From Vitrella brassicaformis CCMP3155 (Eukaryota; Protista; Chromerida), in contig CDMY01000314.1 of the NCBI GenBank assembly GCA_001179505.1, positions 61,453 to 125,452 of the forward strand: a stretch of DNA of 64,000 bases. The letters run 5' to 3'. The notes under the pieces are model-generated. The model was not told the origin of the DNA, did not search any database, and worked only from the letters and a program-made list of their open reading frames with translations. Position numbers and translations under genes: made by a program. Shown one piece after another: positions 49,589 to 62,853 of the stretch (the stretch's first letter is position 1; every line of letters begins with the position of its first letter).

Positions 49589-52500
49589 TGCGTGTGTGTC
49601 CGTGTGCAGTCTGTAGGTCGCGAGGGTTTCAGCCCTGCGTTAGAGGGAGTGTTGGAGGCGGTCCCGGTGTGCCTCGACGTCACCACTGCTGTCGACTGGC
49701 GAACCAGGAGGGCCGCCATCGAACTCATCCAGGCCATCGGAAGTACACACAACACAACACAACACAACAAAGCCAAAACCAACACTGACGCATCGCCCGC
49801 CGCATATCTTTCCCTCCTTGTTTCTCCACCCCCACCGCGCAGCCGAGGCAGTGGGCCGTCGGGCGAATGGGGCAGACTTGTGGGTGGAGCGATCGCAGAG
49901 GCCTGACGGGGACACCGACCTGCAGAAGCGGCTCAGGAAGATGGTCGAACCTCTCAAGGGAGACAAGGTCAGCCTGACGGTTTGGACACGGCATAGGGGG
50001 CATTTAGAAGTGTACGTGTGGTGTGCACTGCACAGGTTTCCAACGTTCGAGCGGCTGCCACGAGCTGCCTGCAGCTGGTGAGCAACTTAGAGGAAGAACA
50101 CACACAGGATCCCTATCCCTCCGGTCTTCGCATCTTGCTTGTGTTGGGTCTGCAGTGGTCGAGTGGCGGCTATGTGGATCTGAAGGATGACAAGCGATTC
50201 AAGCGGGCCAACCGCGGCACCCCAGGCACCCCCGGCCCATCCACCACATCCTCGCAAGCCGGCAGCCTCAGAGGCACCTCACCCATATCTGTCAGAGGCA
50301 CTGTCGTAAGCAAAGCGGCGCAAATACACGATCTCTGTTGAACACAAGGATGGATGGATGGATGGATTGATGGATTGAGCACACACCGTCTTCTTTGATA
50401 TGTCAGGTCCGGCAGGTTCGCCCTCTGGTCAATCCGCCGTCTCGTTTTCATGCCGCCGGCGGCCTCGATGGCAGCGGGGCGATCATGCCGCACATAGGGG
50501 TGAGGAGTGGAGTGGTGGGCGGGAGGCTCTTCGACTCGGCCAACATGGCCACGGCTGAGCACGGGTTCATCACGCCAAACTCAAAATCAGGTCAGACACA
50601 CACACACAGAGAGTCGACGTCAGAAACACCTGTGTCGTTCGTCGTAGGTCTGTCAGGGATGCATGGCAGCCGCAGCGGGGCGAGTCTGCATAGCCGGACT
50701 TCGCGGCAGCTGGACACCTCACCGGTCAGGATGGCCCAGCGGTCGCTCACGGGCGAGGGGCCGCGACGGGATGGTGTAGACTCCATGATGAAGGAACGGG
50801 ACATACCAGGTCAGATCAGCACTCGATGATTGAGCGGTGCATGCAGCCTGCGACGTGTCTCGTCTGTCTCACCTTTTTCCCCCGTGTGCGGTGCGTGTCG
50901 TGTCAGCTGTCCGGCGGGAGTCATCAGACGGCTACTCCCGGCCGATCCAGTACCACCCCTCCGCCACTCCCCCCGCCCTCATAATGCCCCCCTACGCCCC
51001 CACACCCCTCCCATACCACCCTGGCCACGTTTCACCCGTCCCCATCAGCTACCCCTATCCAGCTGCCCCACTCGGGCGGCCACCTGGGTACTACCAGCAC
51101 ACGGCCAGTCCTCAGTTCGCCTTGGGCGGTGGAGGGACGGGTGGCATGGATGGCCTGCCGATGCTCGCCATGCAGCCGCATGTGACGTCCACACAAGGAC
51201 AGGGGGGAGGCGGGGGAGAGGACCTGTGGGGGCGGCCCATCACTCCCACAGAGGCGGCGGACGCTGCGACACCCTCTTCCCCTTCTGCACCACCACCGGC
51301 ACCGCTGGATATGTCGCACATCAAGAAGGGCAGCCTCGCCCTCACACCTGCACTGCTGGATGCCTGCGCCTCAAAGGCCTCACCAGTGGTCTCATCAGCG
51401 TCTTCCCCGCCGCCGCCAGCAGAAAACGATGGAGCCGATGGCAACAAGGACAGCAGTGGTGAGGGCGGAGGGTTCAGCAGTGTGAGGGAGCTGAGGGCGG
51501 CGGCATTGCGGGAGAGGAGGAAGACGCGAGATCGGGAGAAGGGCGGATCTGCTCCGGAGTCCGATGCGCTCCGTTGCAGCACGGAGACGGTGGTCTTCAC
51601 CGGCACTGGCACGGGAGCCGAAAATGAGAAGCCCTCAGATGAGGGAGGGGTGAGTGCGGCAGAAGGGCCTGACGCCTCTCCATCTAGCGCTGCATCTGTC
51701 GCCTCTGATGCTGCTGGTGCTGCTGGTGGTGGTGGTGGTGGATCGAGTGATGGGCTGAGGGGCGAGGGAGAGGGGCAAGGCGACGGGGCAACACAGGGAG
51801 CCTCTGATGGGAAGGACAAGCCAAGGACCACCGACAAGAGAAAGAAGGAACGCAAAACCATATTCCAGGTTGGTGGAGCAAAGTGACACGATCCAGCGAC
51901 ACCACAGGGCGCAATCCACACGCTTCCCTTCTATACCTCCATGTCCATGGTTTTGCTTGGAACACTGCCAGCGTCAGCCCAATGTGGGTTTCTTCAAGCA
52001 TGCAGCCCCTCCGCCAGCACCATCAGATGGTGCCGCGAGCGGCTCAGTGGCCGCCGAGCACATCAATGTGGAGGTGCGCGAGCCGCGATTTCGTCAGTCG
52101 GCCCCTCCGCCGCCCCCGTGTCGGTCGCCGCCGCCATCAGAGGCCAACGGAGACACGGAAGGTGGTGAGGAGGGCAACAGGGAGGAGAATGGCGTCGCAG
52201 TCGAGATGCGCAGCGAGCAGGCTGTGGCGGGTACCCAGACTGATGCCGCGGGCGAGCAAGGGCATGACACAGAGGTGAGAGAGGGGAGGATCAGAAGGAA
52301 AACCACGCAAACCTCATGACGGCGCGGTGTGCTCAGGCGCCGCATGACGAGGGCCCTCCTCCCTCTCATTCAGCACCGGCCGCCCCAGAGCCGGCGACGG
52401 AAACGGCTCCCCGACAGCAGCAAGAGCAGCGGGCATCATCTGGATCCCCAGAGCAGCCCCAGCCACAGGATGGCAGAGAGGGGGAGGGGGAGCAGCTGCA

Positions 52501-55466
52501 GCGTGAGGCCCTGCATGATGACCTATCTACTCCGCCTGCAAGACATGAACAGCCACAGGAGTCCCCCGACTCCTCCCCTCCACTCGCTGACGACAGCGAG
52601 GAGCAGGCCAAGCCCCTTCTCCAGCTCTCCGGCGGCCCCAGCGACGTCCTCTCACTCGACGACCCATCCTCAGTCGACACGCCCTCCTCAGACAAGGCCA
52701 GCCTCCCCATGCCCTTACCCTCGTCCCTCACAACAGCCAGGCAGGACACTTTCGATCGCGACACGGCCGACGACCGGCCGCTGCGGGTGCCCTTCACCGC
52801 CAGGGAGTCGTTCCAGTCGATGAGCGAGTCGCTGCGGCCGCCCTCTGAGGACGAGGTGCCTGTGGTGCATCGGGGGGTCGTGGCTGGGGGAGGTGCGAGG
52901 AGGGGCCGGTCTGGCCTGCCTCTACCGCCCAGTCGGCCGACGCATGGCGACTTGGGTGAGATGGGGATGAAGCCGAGGGCGAGCGTGGCGATGGACGCGG
53001 CCATCCTGCGGGGCATGCGCAAGGTGAGTGGGGGGGTGGGCCGAGACACACACGACACAGACGTCACCACCTACACGATGCATGCATGGGTTTGGTCTTT
53101 GTGGCGGTCATCAAGGAGATGGATGAGCTGCGTCGTGACAACATGGACCTGCGGAAGAAAGTCGATGCACTCACACAGCAGCTGAGGTGAGAAACAGAAG
53201 CCCGACCTCTCGCCAGAACCGTCATGCCTCCTGTCTGTCCATCAGCAAGTTGGAGGGTCGTGCGGCATCGAGTGACGTCCAGTTGGCCAAGGCCGAGGCG
53301 GAATTGGCCAAGTACGAGGCCACCATGTGGCGGGAGTTTGTCAAGAAGGACGAGCACAGACACACCGTCAAGACCATAGACGATATCCGACGGAAGATCG
53401 ACGACCTCTACCAAAACCCAAGGCAAGCACCGACACACACACACACACACTCACACACAGACATGACGAAAGAACACCCAATGAGTGCCACCTGTTTGTT
53501 GGCCTCCTCTCCGGCTCATCAATCAGAGTGCCCCAGCCGGAGCGGCAACCGTCCCCCGCCCCATCGCCCTCTCCAGTGGCTCTCACTGCCCGCACAGTCC
53601 GCTCCACCGCGCCCACACCCTCACCCATACCCCAACGCACCGCAGTCATGCCCCTCACAGCACCCAACACCCAACTCGCCACCGAACAAATGGCACTGCG
53701 CTCACGGCAGTCCGCCCCACAAGCGCCGTATGACGCAGCGCCATCGGATGAAGAAGGCGATGAGTACGAGATGCAAGAGGGAGAGGATGTCGGTCCTCCA
53801 GAGGGCCTTCGCAGCCCGCTGCTCTGGCGGGCCAGCCCGCCGCTGCAATGGGATGTGACCCAGTCGGCATCGCGGCTGGTGGTGCAGGGCGACCTCTGGA
53901 CCGACCGACGCAACTCGGCCGCCATGCCGTCGAGCCCCTTCACCCTCACCATGATGCCGTCGGCATCGCCACTGCACCCAGCAGGGGGCATCGGCATCAC
54001 TCGCGCATCGCCCCGGTTCGGCAGCGGCAGTCCGCCCAGACAGCACTCGGAGAGCAGCACCACCACTGATCAGGCATATTCGGTGGCAGTGGAGATCGCC
54101 CGGAAGGAGCGGATGGACGAAGCGATGAGGGCGTCGGTGCAGAGCCTCCCCGCACCAGCACCAGCCATCGCCTCTGACGAGGGGACTGGGCTTTCGAGCA
54201 GACTGGGGTATGCGAACCAAGACAGCATGCAGCTTCTGTCTGCCATGCTCGCAGTGCGTCTGTCGGTCTGTTCGTTCATTCAGTGCGTGGCGTGTGCCGA
54301 TGGCAAATGACGTGGCGCAGGGGGAGCAAACCGATAGTACTGGTAGGCAGAGAGGCAGCAATCGGAATGCTCTCGCCTCCCTCCTTGATTGGTCGGTCGG
54401 TTATTAGGAGTTTTCTCAAGCGAAGCGGCCAAGGCTGCAGCTGCCGGGTGGTCCCCTGCTACACAAATGTCAGTCAGATTGGCAGCACCCTCAATGCGCC
54501 CATTTCACTCCGCTGGTATTATCCTGCGGGGCCGTTGTGTGTGTGCAGGGAGTTTGGTCGGCACTTGTCAGCTGAAGATTGGGGCAACGCATACGCCACT
54601 CTGATGAGCGGTGAGGAAAGAGAGAGACACCGCACATCAATCACATACGCCCAAACGTCACTCACCCACAAGCAAGCGTCCATCCTGTCTGTCTGTCTGT
54701 CTGTCTGTCGCCTACGTCACGTGTGGCTAAGTCGGTCCAGCTGTGCTACCTGAAGACTGGGCGCTGCTCGATGACCTGCTCAGAAGGACAGGTCGGCCGA
54801 CGTCTCGCTCACCAATAATCATACTGCATCGATGGCTGTATGCCTTGATTGCAATGCAGGCCCCGTTCCTCATTTGTGCGACCTGCCGACCAACAGCCGC
54901 ATGATGCGCCGCGCCATCAACGTGCTGACCGACCTGGCGAATGGCACACACGACCCCCTCGACAACAGAAACATGAGGCGGACCGGTGAGCATTCCGCCT
55001 GTTCGGTGTGCATGTCACGACAAATGGCATGGGTGGGGTGTTGTTGCTGTTGTGGATTGGTCAGAGATGATGCTAGCTTGGGCGTCCAAGGCGCTCGACG
55101 ACGAGCCGCAGACACTGGCATCGCAGCTGGCGGTGAGGGAGGTGCGCGACCAACCGAACTCACTCCCCCACCCAACTGTGGCCACCATGCACCGTGTGTG
55201 TGGGGGTGCGGGGGTGTGGGCGTGTGCGTTTACGTCAGGATTTGAAGGTGCTGCTGAGGAAACTCATAGCGGCGCCACACATAGAGGAACACAGTAAGCT
55301 GCCACTCTCACACACACACAGACTGGTGTTGGTTTGTCGTTCGTTGTGTGATGTGATGGATCATTCAGTGCGTGAGGTTGCCAGTGACATGTACCGCCGC
55401 GTCATGATGGGGGAGGGCGTGGGCGAGGGGGAGGGGGAGACTGCGGCCGGGGGACAGCCTGCCTAG
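48229..55466 (+). CDS. SPIRAL2/TORTIFOLIA1-like microtubule-associated protein (N-terminal HEAT repeats, long disordered region, coiled coil, TOR1-like C-terminal domain)
   Basis: N-terminus MRKDIDKMLGRMADCDTVHVGHHDISEFI...IKRESVRAYSMIVQQH...ILKSIFEGLLDRLQ parallels SPR2 (LxKLxDRDT, KKECLxLL, IVKRLKD). WRTRRAAIELIQAIG is HEAT-like. Coiled coil at 53100-53420. C-terminus WGNAYATLMS...EDWALLDDLLRRT|GPVPHLCDL parallels AYxEVL...DDxxLxKLMxxTGP. Confidence 0.7.
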
Positions 55467-55849
55467 ATTAGCGTAGAGATGCCTTCTGGCTTCTGACTGG
55501 GTGTGGGCGTGATGGGATGGATGACGCTTGTTCCTCCGCCCTATGTTCCTCCGCCCTAATGACCATGTTTGTGTAGGTGGATGCACCACAGTAGCTGGAT
55601 GCACACAACACACGTCTCACGGCACGGCTCAAGCGTTACGCATAAAAAGAGAGACCGGTCGGCTGCACCGTATAACCACAGCAAATGGTTCGTTCCATGG
55701 ATAGCGAACGTCGCATCAAGCATCAGACAGACGACTGACAACACGCACACAAATTAACCACACTCTCACACTCTCTCTGACCCCCTCCCTTTCCCCTCCC
55801 TCCCTGTCGCATCACTCTACGGCACCTCCACTCATCGATGCCGATGCTG

Positions 55850-58800
55850 TCAGTCGAACACATACTTGACCTCGAAGTAGGGCTGCCGACACCTGACGCA
55901 TAGCAAGCCACACACACACATACACACCCCAATGGACAGCCCTGCCCTGGCTGCGTGTCTGCGGCAAATGGCCCTGCTCTGCTCGCTGAGGCATCTACGT
56001 GTGTTCGGGGCAGAGTTTGTCTGCTGTCGGCATGGGGGCCATCCACTTCTCGAAACACTCCTGACACACAACCTGACAGACACACACAGCAAGACGACAC
56101 ACAGAGATGCACATGGATGCGCTGCCCTCTCTCTCCCCTTCGACTCACTCACCTTGTGGCCGCACGGCATCAGGACCACATTGGTGGGGTTGACCAGACA
56201 CAAGGAACAGTTGCTCGCCTGTGGACCAGCACCACCACCATCACCACTAGCAGCAGCAGCAGCGGCTGCAGCGGCCGGCGCGGCACACCTGGCGTTTGCC
56301 TGTGCGGCCGAGCTGCTGCTGGGGTTATCCATTTGCCGTGAGAAGGGCACAGCTGCTGCTGCTGCTGCCGACGAGGATGATGATGATGATGCACTTGCAT
56401 ATGGGCGTAGTTCTATCTGCCGCTCGATGGCGGCCTGGTGCAGCTGGGCGAGCCGGTGCTGCTCACCCACCGACGGCAGATCGAGGGACGACACACCTTC
56501 GGCAGTGACACGGCTACACCACACACAGATGATGGAGATGGACATAATCACGGCTGTTGTCGGTGTGTATGTGTGTGGTTGGTTGCTGACCTGTGTGGTG
56601 GCTGTGCCGACAGCTGCTGCTTGAGCATTAGGTTCTCACGCCTCAGCGGCGCCTCCGCCTCGCGCAGCCGACGCAGCTCGACGTCCTTCTCCTGATCTAC
56701 ACGCGCTGACCTGCACACACACATCAACACACAACACACAACGGAGTGATATGACAGCACCTGTCGGCGGATTGCGTGTCCTCTCCCTCCCCTCACCTGA
56801 GTCGTTCTTCCCTCAGTCGCTGCCTCAGCTGATCCCTCTCGCGCGTCACGTCGGCCATGGCCCTCTCGGCCTCCCCGCGCACCTCACTCTCTCGCTGCTC
56901 GATGGCCGTCCGGTGCTGCGCCCTCAGCTCCAAAATGGCCGACCGGTGCTCGCCACGCAAAGCATCCAGCTCCTCTCTGTGCTGCTTGGTGATGATGTCG
57001 ATGTGTGTCTTGGCGGCCTTGTCGGCCTCCTCCCGCACCTGCTGGCTCACTCGACGCACACGGTCGTCGGCACTGCACACACACAGGGAGGGGGGGACAG
57101 AGAGGATAGTGGATGGGCGTCTCCGTGTGTGCTGGTGTCCTCACGTCTTTTGCGCCTTTTTGATTTGTTTGTCTCTGTCTTTGAGAAGGTCCTCGAGTGT
57201 GCTCCGCTGCGCATCGGCCGCCTTGGTCTCCTCCTTATGTCTCTCATTAGCCGCCTCCAGCTGCTCATTAGCCGCCTCCAGCTGCTCACTCAACCTACAC
57301 ATACACCCGACCCCGCCCCCGAAGATGCAGCATGTGATTGGTGGATGCACGCCGACCCACGCCCGGCCCGCACCTTTTGATTTCGCTCTCTTGTCGCTTG
57401 ACGGTCTGGTTGAGCTGATCCATCTCCTTCTCACGTGCGCCGAAAGTGGTCGAGAAGTGTTCGATGTTGGTCTGAAGGTTGCTGCACAAGCTGCTGAACC
57501 TTGAGATGTTGGCCAGGGCCTCCTCTGTCTGTTGATCCTTGTCGTAGGTGTCCCAGCGGGCCTCTTCCAACGACTGACAAGATAAGACGGCACACGTGGA
57601 GTGGAGATGTGCGTAGTGTACGTGTGTGTGTCCCCTCCCCCCCCTGTGTGTGCGAAGCGGTAAGGTCTGTCGTGTCCGCACCTTGTGTTTCAAGTGCTCC
57701 TCTGTGACATTGAAGGCTTTATACCTTTCTACAACCTCGGTCTCAGTGGCCGCCTCAGCCGAGCTCGCCGAGGGCGCGGGACCATCCAGCCTGCAGCAAC
57801 AGGAATGCATCCATCCCCCCATCCCCCACCCCATCTGCCTTTGTGTGCGCACTTCTCTCCCGCCCTCCGTCCCTCACCCCGACGTCGTTGCGTCTTCTCC
57901 CGATGTCGCGTCTCTCTTGGTGCTCTTGAAGGGTCCAGTGACCGACGCCACGAGTGCCTCTAGGCAGGGAAGGTACCGATCCAACCTGCAAGAGTCCCAA
58001 GCCTCGTAGAGCTCGTCCGTGGTCAGCTCGCTGCGGTCGTCAATGTCGTCACGCGACCCCACAGCTGGCGAGGTGGACGACTCGTCGCGCTCCACAAGGC
58101 GACACGCCGCTTCATAGAGCTCCCCGGCCGCAACGAACACATCCTACGAAGAGACAGACCGACAGAGCGACAGACGGACAGGCAGACAGGAGAGGAGTCG
58201 ATGGATGGAACCAGTCAAGTGCTGGTGGCACATGTGTGTGGTATGCTACCTACCGAGCCGGCCTTGGTGAAGTTGCGGGCATTCAACGCCATATCCTCAA
58301 TGTAGCCAAGCCAACGGAACCAACCGTCGAACTGCATGACACAACACAAGACAGCGCCAGACCACAGGATGGCCCGAATTCGTCTGTGTGTACCTCCACA
58401 CACATACCCGCTTGGCGAAGTCAGGCACCATCGTCTCCAGGTGACTGATGCAGTGAACCGCGTCCTCTGGATACATGTGGGTGTACTCGGGGTGGGTGTA
58501 CGGCTCGCGGAACAGACGCGACGACGGGTGGCGTCGCAGCGCAGCCGTGATCGACATCATGTCCGCCTTCATCTGACGCCTATCATCCTTGATAGCCGCA
58601 GCCGTGGCCGTCACGATGTCAGCCCCAGCCCTCAGCTGATCCTTAATATTCTTGGGAGCCGCCGCTGCCGAGGGCGCGGGGGTCTGTTCAGCCGAGCTGC
58701 CGGGTGGTTTGCCCGTCTTCTTGGCGGCCTTGGACTTGGACTTGGCGGCAGGCATTCTCCTTGAACCCTTCCCTGTACACCACACACGTCAAGGCAGGAT

Positions 58801-61800
58801 GTGTCGATGCGTGTGTGGGTGTCTGGACGAGATGTGCTGTGCTGTGGTGTGTTTGGTTTGTCTGGTGGCCCACCCTTGGCGGCAGGCTTGTCCGCTTCCT
58901 CAGCACGATCGTCAGCCTCAGCTGCATAAACACACAACAGCGGGGGCACTTCCGCCGGCTGTGGTGTACATATGTGTGTGTGTGTGTGTGTGTGTGAGCA
59001 GTCACCCTTGGCGACTTCCTCGCTGATCTTGGCGAGGCCGTCGTTGATATCCGCCTCAGAAAGCCCCATCTGGTGCAGCCTGCCACGGAGCGCTGCATCC
59101 ATCGCGCACACACACATGGCGGAAGTGTCGTGGGGTTAGCCGGCTGGCTGGCTGGCTGTTCCGTCCTTGACCCTTTTCCTGAGCTTGATTGAGACTGACC
59201 TGAACTGAGGTCCGCCCTCAGCTGATCCATATCATCTGTATCATCTGCAGGAAATGTAAAGGCCGACGCACTGCATGGGAGGAAGCGAACAGACGGCAGA
59301 CAAACAAACCGGCAGACAGACAGACAGGGAATCCATCGGCATTCGGTCAACTGCCCCTGCCCCGCCCTGCGGCTCACTTGTTGGCGTCTGTGGGGCCCCT
59401 AGTGGCGGCCCCGAGTTCCTTCTGCATGAGCTGCTGGCCTTTGCTGAGCTCACTGACGAAGGTTGTGTGCCACTGGGGCAGCCACTCGCCACGCACATGC
59501 CGCAGCGGACCCAACGCAAATACCGCCGACGGATCACTGCACACACACATAGCACATGACACCCGCATCAGCCACTGGTTGAGATGCCCATTCCCTCCGT
59601 TGCTCACCTCTGCAGTGCTGTTCGGTGGTCCATGAAGAACTTCTTGACGGCTCGCAGGTAGGTCTCCCGCTCCTGGGCCCCATCGCACTCACTCGACTCG
59701 CCGCCGCCCTCCGCCGCCCCCTCTTCCGCCTTCGGCTCGAGGAATTTCTTGACGGTGGATAGAGTATCCTTGGACGGCGGTTTGTCGCCCTCTGTGGCCG
59801 ACCTGACGGTGGCGACGTCGGGAAAGGCCGAACGAATGGACTCAACTGTGACGGTGTCTGCGCTGCTGCTGCTGCTACTGCTGCTGCTGGGTGTGTATGG
59901 GGTCCCGCTGTGCGGCTGCGGCCGGCCTTGTGTCGGTGTGGACGTGGGTGGTGTTGCTGGTGTGGCGGCAGTGGGTTTGGTCGTCTTGTCTTTGGGTGTG
60001 AAGATGCCACGGAAGATGCTGCTGGGGGCCGGCGGGGGCTCGCGAGGAGGATCGGGGAGGCTGCCAAAGAGGCCGGGAGAGGCGGGGGTGCTGCTACTCG
60101 ACCCGCTGGGCAGACAGAAAGGGGGGAGAGGGAGACCGAGTGCGCCCAGTCGCTCACAGTGCCTTGCCCTGTCCCATTCTTTTGGCCTGTCTGGCTTACG
60201 TCTTGCCGATGCCGACACGTTCGAACACATTGCTCTTTCCCACTTGCTTGAACCGCACAAAGTCGCCTGGTCCAAAGCCTGGGAACAGCTCTTGAACGCT
60301 GAGCGGTTTACGAAGAGCACAGCCCATCCAAGTGAGAAAATCCAAGCGATGCTTGTGGCAGCACTTGTGTGCAGCGGGGGGCCTACCGACCTGCTGTCTT
60401 TATCTTTGAGGTAGCACGGCCCGCACATGCGTGACCGTCCGTCCGATACGACGAGGCGGCCCTCCCCTGCCTCTCTGATGTAGTCGAAGTCCGCTGCCCC
60501 CATAACGTCACCGATGGGGCAACAGTACGGCAGAGGTTGGTCTCCGGCCAGGTCGTATCCCTCCGCCGACTCGTGGCCGCAGACGTCGCACATAAAGGAG
60601 CGCAGGTCGGCCCCTACGATGCACACGGATCCTCCTCTCCTTCGGCCGTTGATCGGTCTTCCAGTGGCCATGAGCTTCAGCAGCACCATGAAGGGCCACT
60701 GGCTGAAGGGCTTCCTCACGTACTCGTCGCTCACACGAACGCACCCCCGGTCGACTGCCTCCTTCTCTCCATCGCTGACGCGCAGAGGAGGCGATCGCTT
60801 GCTGCTGGTGGTGGTCGTCGTGGTGGTGGTGGTAAGCTGCTCCGTGTGCCGTGCCGAGGGGGGCAGGTGCTGCATGACTTCAGCATCGAGATAGAAGGCC
60901 AGGTCCCGGACGGCGGCGCCCTTGCCGGCCTCCCGCTTGGCCAGGTGCTGTGTGCAGTCATTCAGTGACCTGCACGCCACCGGCTGCTCTGTCCCGAGGA
61001 TCAGCACCGAGTACGGCCGCCCTGTCCGTTTGTCGAGGGTCGACCATGGGACGAGCCAATCCAGCGGAAGCGTGGCCGTCATCTCCAGAGTAGCTTCCAC
61101 CAGCTCATTCTTGCCCTCATCCACAGAGTACCACTCATCCGTCTCGAAGGCAGGGCTGCACAGGAGGGGATCGAACAACAAACGACCCCCTGGCATGTCG
61201 GCGTCGCCAGGACCGACGGCAAGCAACCGAGGGGTCGGTCGCTGGGCTGTCGCTGGCTCGTACGCTACCCACACGACTCTTGATTCGTCGTCGAATACAG
61301 GCTCAGTGGTCGGATACAGCAATCGCTCGAAGATCACGTTCTCGCCCACAAAGGCAAGTGCACCATCGGGCGGCGCCACGAGCGTCGCTTGCTCGTCCTC
61401 TGTGGGGCGGATGACATAGCTGCCGTTGAGGGCCGCGAGTGAGCCAGAGGCACCGCTCACGGTGAAGGACCCAGGACGTATGGGGCCCTCTCCCTCTCCC
61501 AGTGCACAGTCAGCCGCCACAGACTCGTCGAGGACGGCGTCCCACGTGTTGGAATCGCCCCTTGTGTCGATCGGCCCCTTGTCGACTCTGAAGAGCTCCA
61601 GCAGCCGCATGAGGCCGTCAGCAGGCAGTAGACGTGCCTCGACAGATCGGTGGTAGGTTGATATGGATTGCTGCAGCACCAGCTGGACGGGGTCGATGGC
61701 CGGGGGGAAGACAGGGAGATGAACACTACCTGGGGCGGTGGGGGCGGTGGTGGTCGATGGCAGCTCAGCGACAGCTGCCCGCCACATTGGATCGATGGTA

Positions 61801-62583
61801 TCGATGAACAACGGAAAGTCAGCCTGATCGACACGCCAACATGGCACTGCACGTGTGAAGTCTCGTTGCCTGCCTTTCCCTCCCTCGCTCACCTCGAGCT
61901 GGTCGGCAATGTCCTCGATGAGGGTGACGAGAAACCCCCACATCTTGACCGACAGCAGCTTCTGCAGATGCGCCTCAGACGCCATCTGCAAAGCCATCTG
62001 ACGGACGGCCTTGACGCAGGCGTCGAGCCTCCCCTCCCTGCTGGCCTGCTGCAGCGTGTCCATGCGGACCCCCCTGCAGACTTGGACACAGAGAGTCTCC
62101 CTCAGCCTGTAACATCTCCTGTAGACACTCGCGGCGAATATCTCCTGAGCGGGAAACCGGGTGAAGATGGCCCTGAGGTTGATGGGATGGCTGGCGTCTG
62201 CAGATAGTAGGAGAAGGTTGGTAGTAAGACGGGCGGCCGCAAGCAGACTTTCAAGTCGAGCTGCAGCCTCCTCCTCCCCCTCCTCGACCGTCAAGTCGCT
62301 GTCTTCAAGGCCGTTCACACTTGCAGCACCGCGCTTCACGCCCTGGCGCAACCATTAAATAGAGTAAGTGAGTCGTTTGACACTGCAATGTTGTTTTCCC
62401 CCAGCCTACCCTCTCGGGCGCATCACGGCTTATGGCAGATGGCACGGAGGGCCGACGAGTGCTCGCTCTAAGCCTCGACCTCCTCACTCGTCTCTGCGCC
62501 GCTGTTGTGCGCTCCTCCCCGGCCGTGGTGCCGTCACCACTGTGCGCAGATGCAGAGGCAGCTACGGCTTGGTCTCCTTCCAT
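55850..62583 (-). CDS. Family A copy 2: N-terminal CxxC-containing domain + UBA-like + atypical bromodomain + coiled coil + C3HC4 RING
   Basis: First exon MEGDQAVAAS...APER| (62583-62410) splices in phase 0 to GVKRG. Colinear with 1-5155. RING CSLCLVNPTNVVLMPCGHK|VVCQECFEKW...LCPEH|CRQPYFEVKYVFD*. Extra exons MDAALRGRLHQMGLSEADINDGLAKI and LRRHPSSRLFREPY...KR|FDGWFRWLGYIEDMALNARNFTKAGS|DVFVAAGELYEAA. Confidence 0.85.
57243..57284 (-). repeat. Exact 21-bp tandem duplication adding one heptad (EQLEAAN x2) to the coiled coil
   Basis: ctcattagccgcctccagctg occurs at 57243-57263 and 57264-57284. Confidence 0.9.
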
Positions 62584-62853
62584 TGGACCCGTTGCACGCA
62601 CGCTCTTCTTCCCTGTCGATAATCTACAAACACACAGATAGATCGTGGTCTGGAAGCCTGCCAAGCTGCTCACACGACGTCTACCTCGGAGATCTGCGGT
62701 CTGCTCGAGGATCGCAACTCGCATGCGAGCTTAGAATCGTAAGGACTTCTCTCACAGCCTCGGGTCTGTCCTGCGTCTTGTGTTTGATTCCAAGGGGGCT
62801 GAAGGGGGTAGATCACGGGTAGATCATCCTCACGTCATCGTCCTCGGCTTGCG

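Noticed and set aside
49537-49609. GC-AG intron with a GCAAGT donor
   Set aside because: A canonical GT donor at 49503 joins the flanking exons in frame (LALTHLYL|SVGREG); the GC donor gives the wrong phase.
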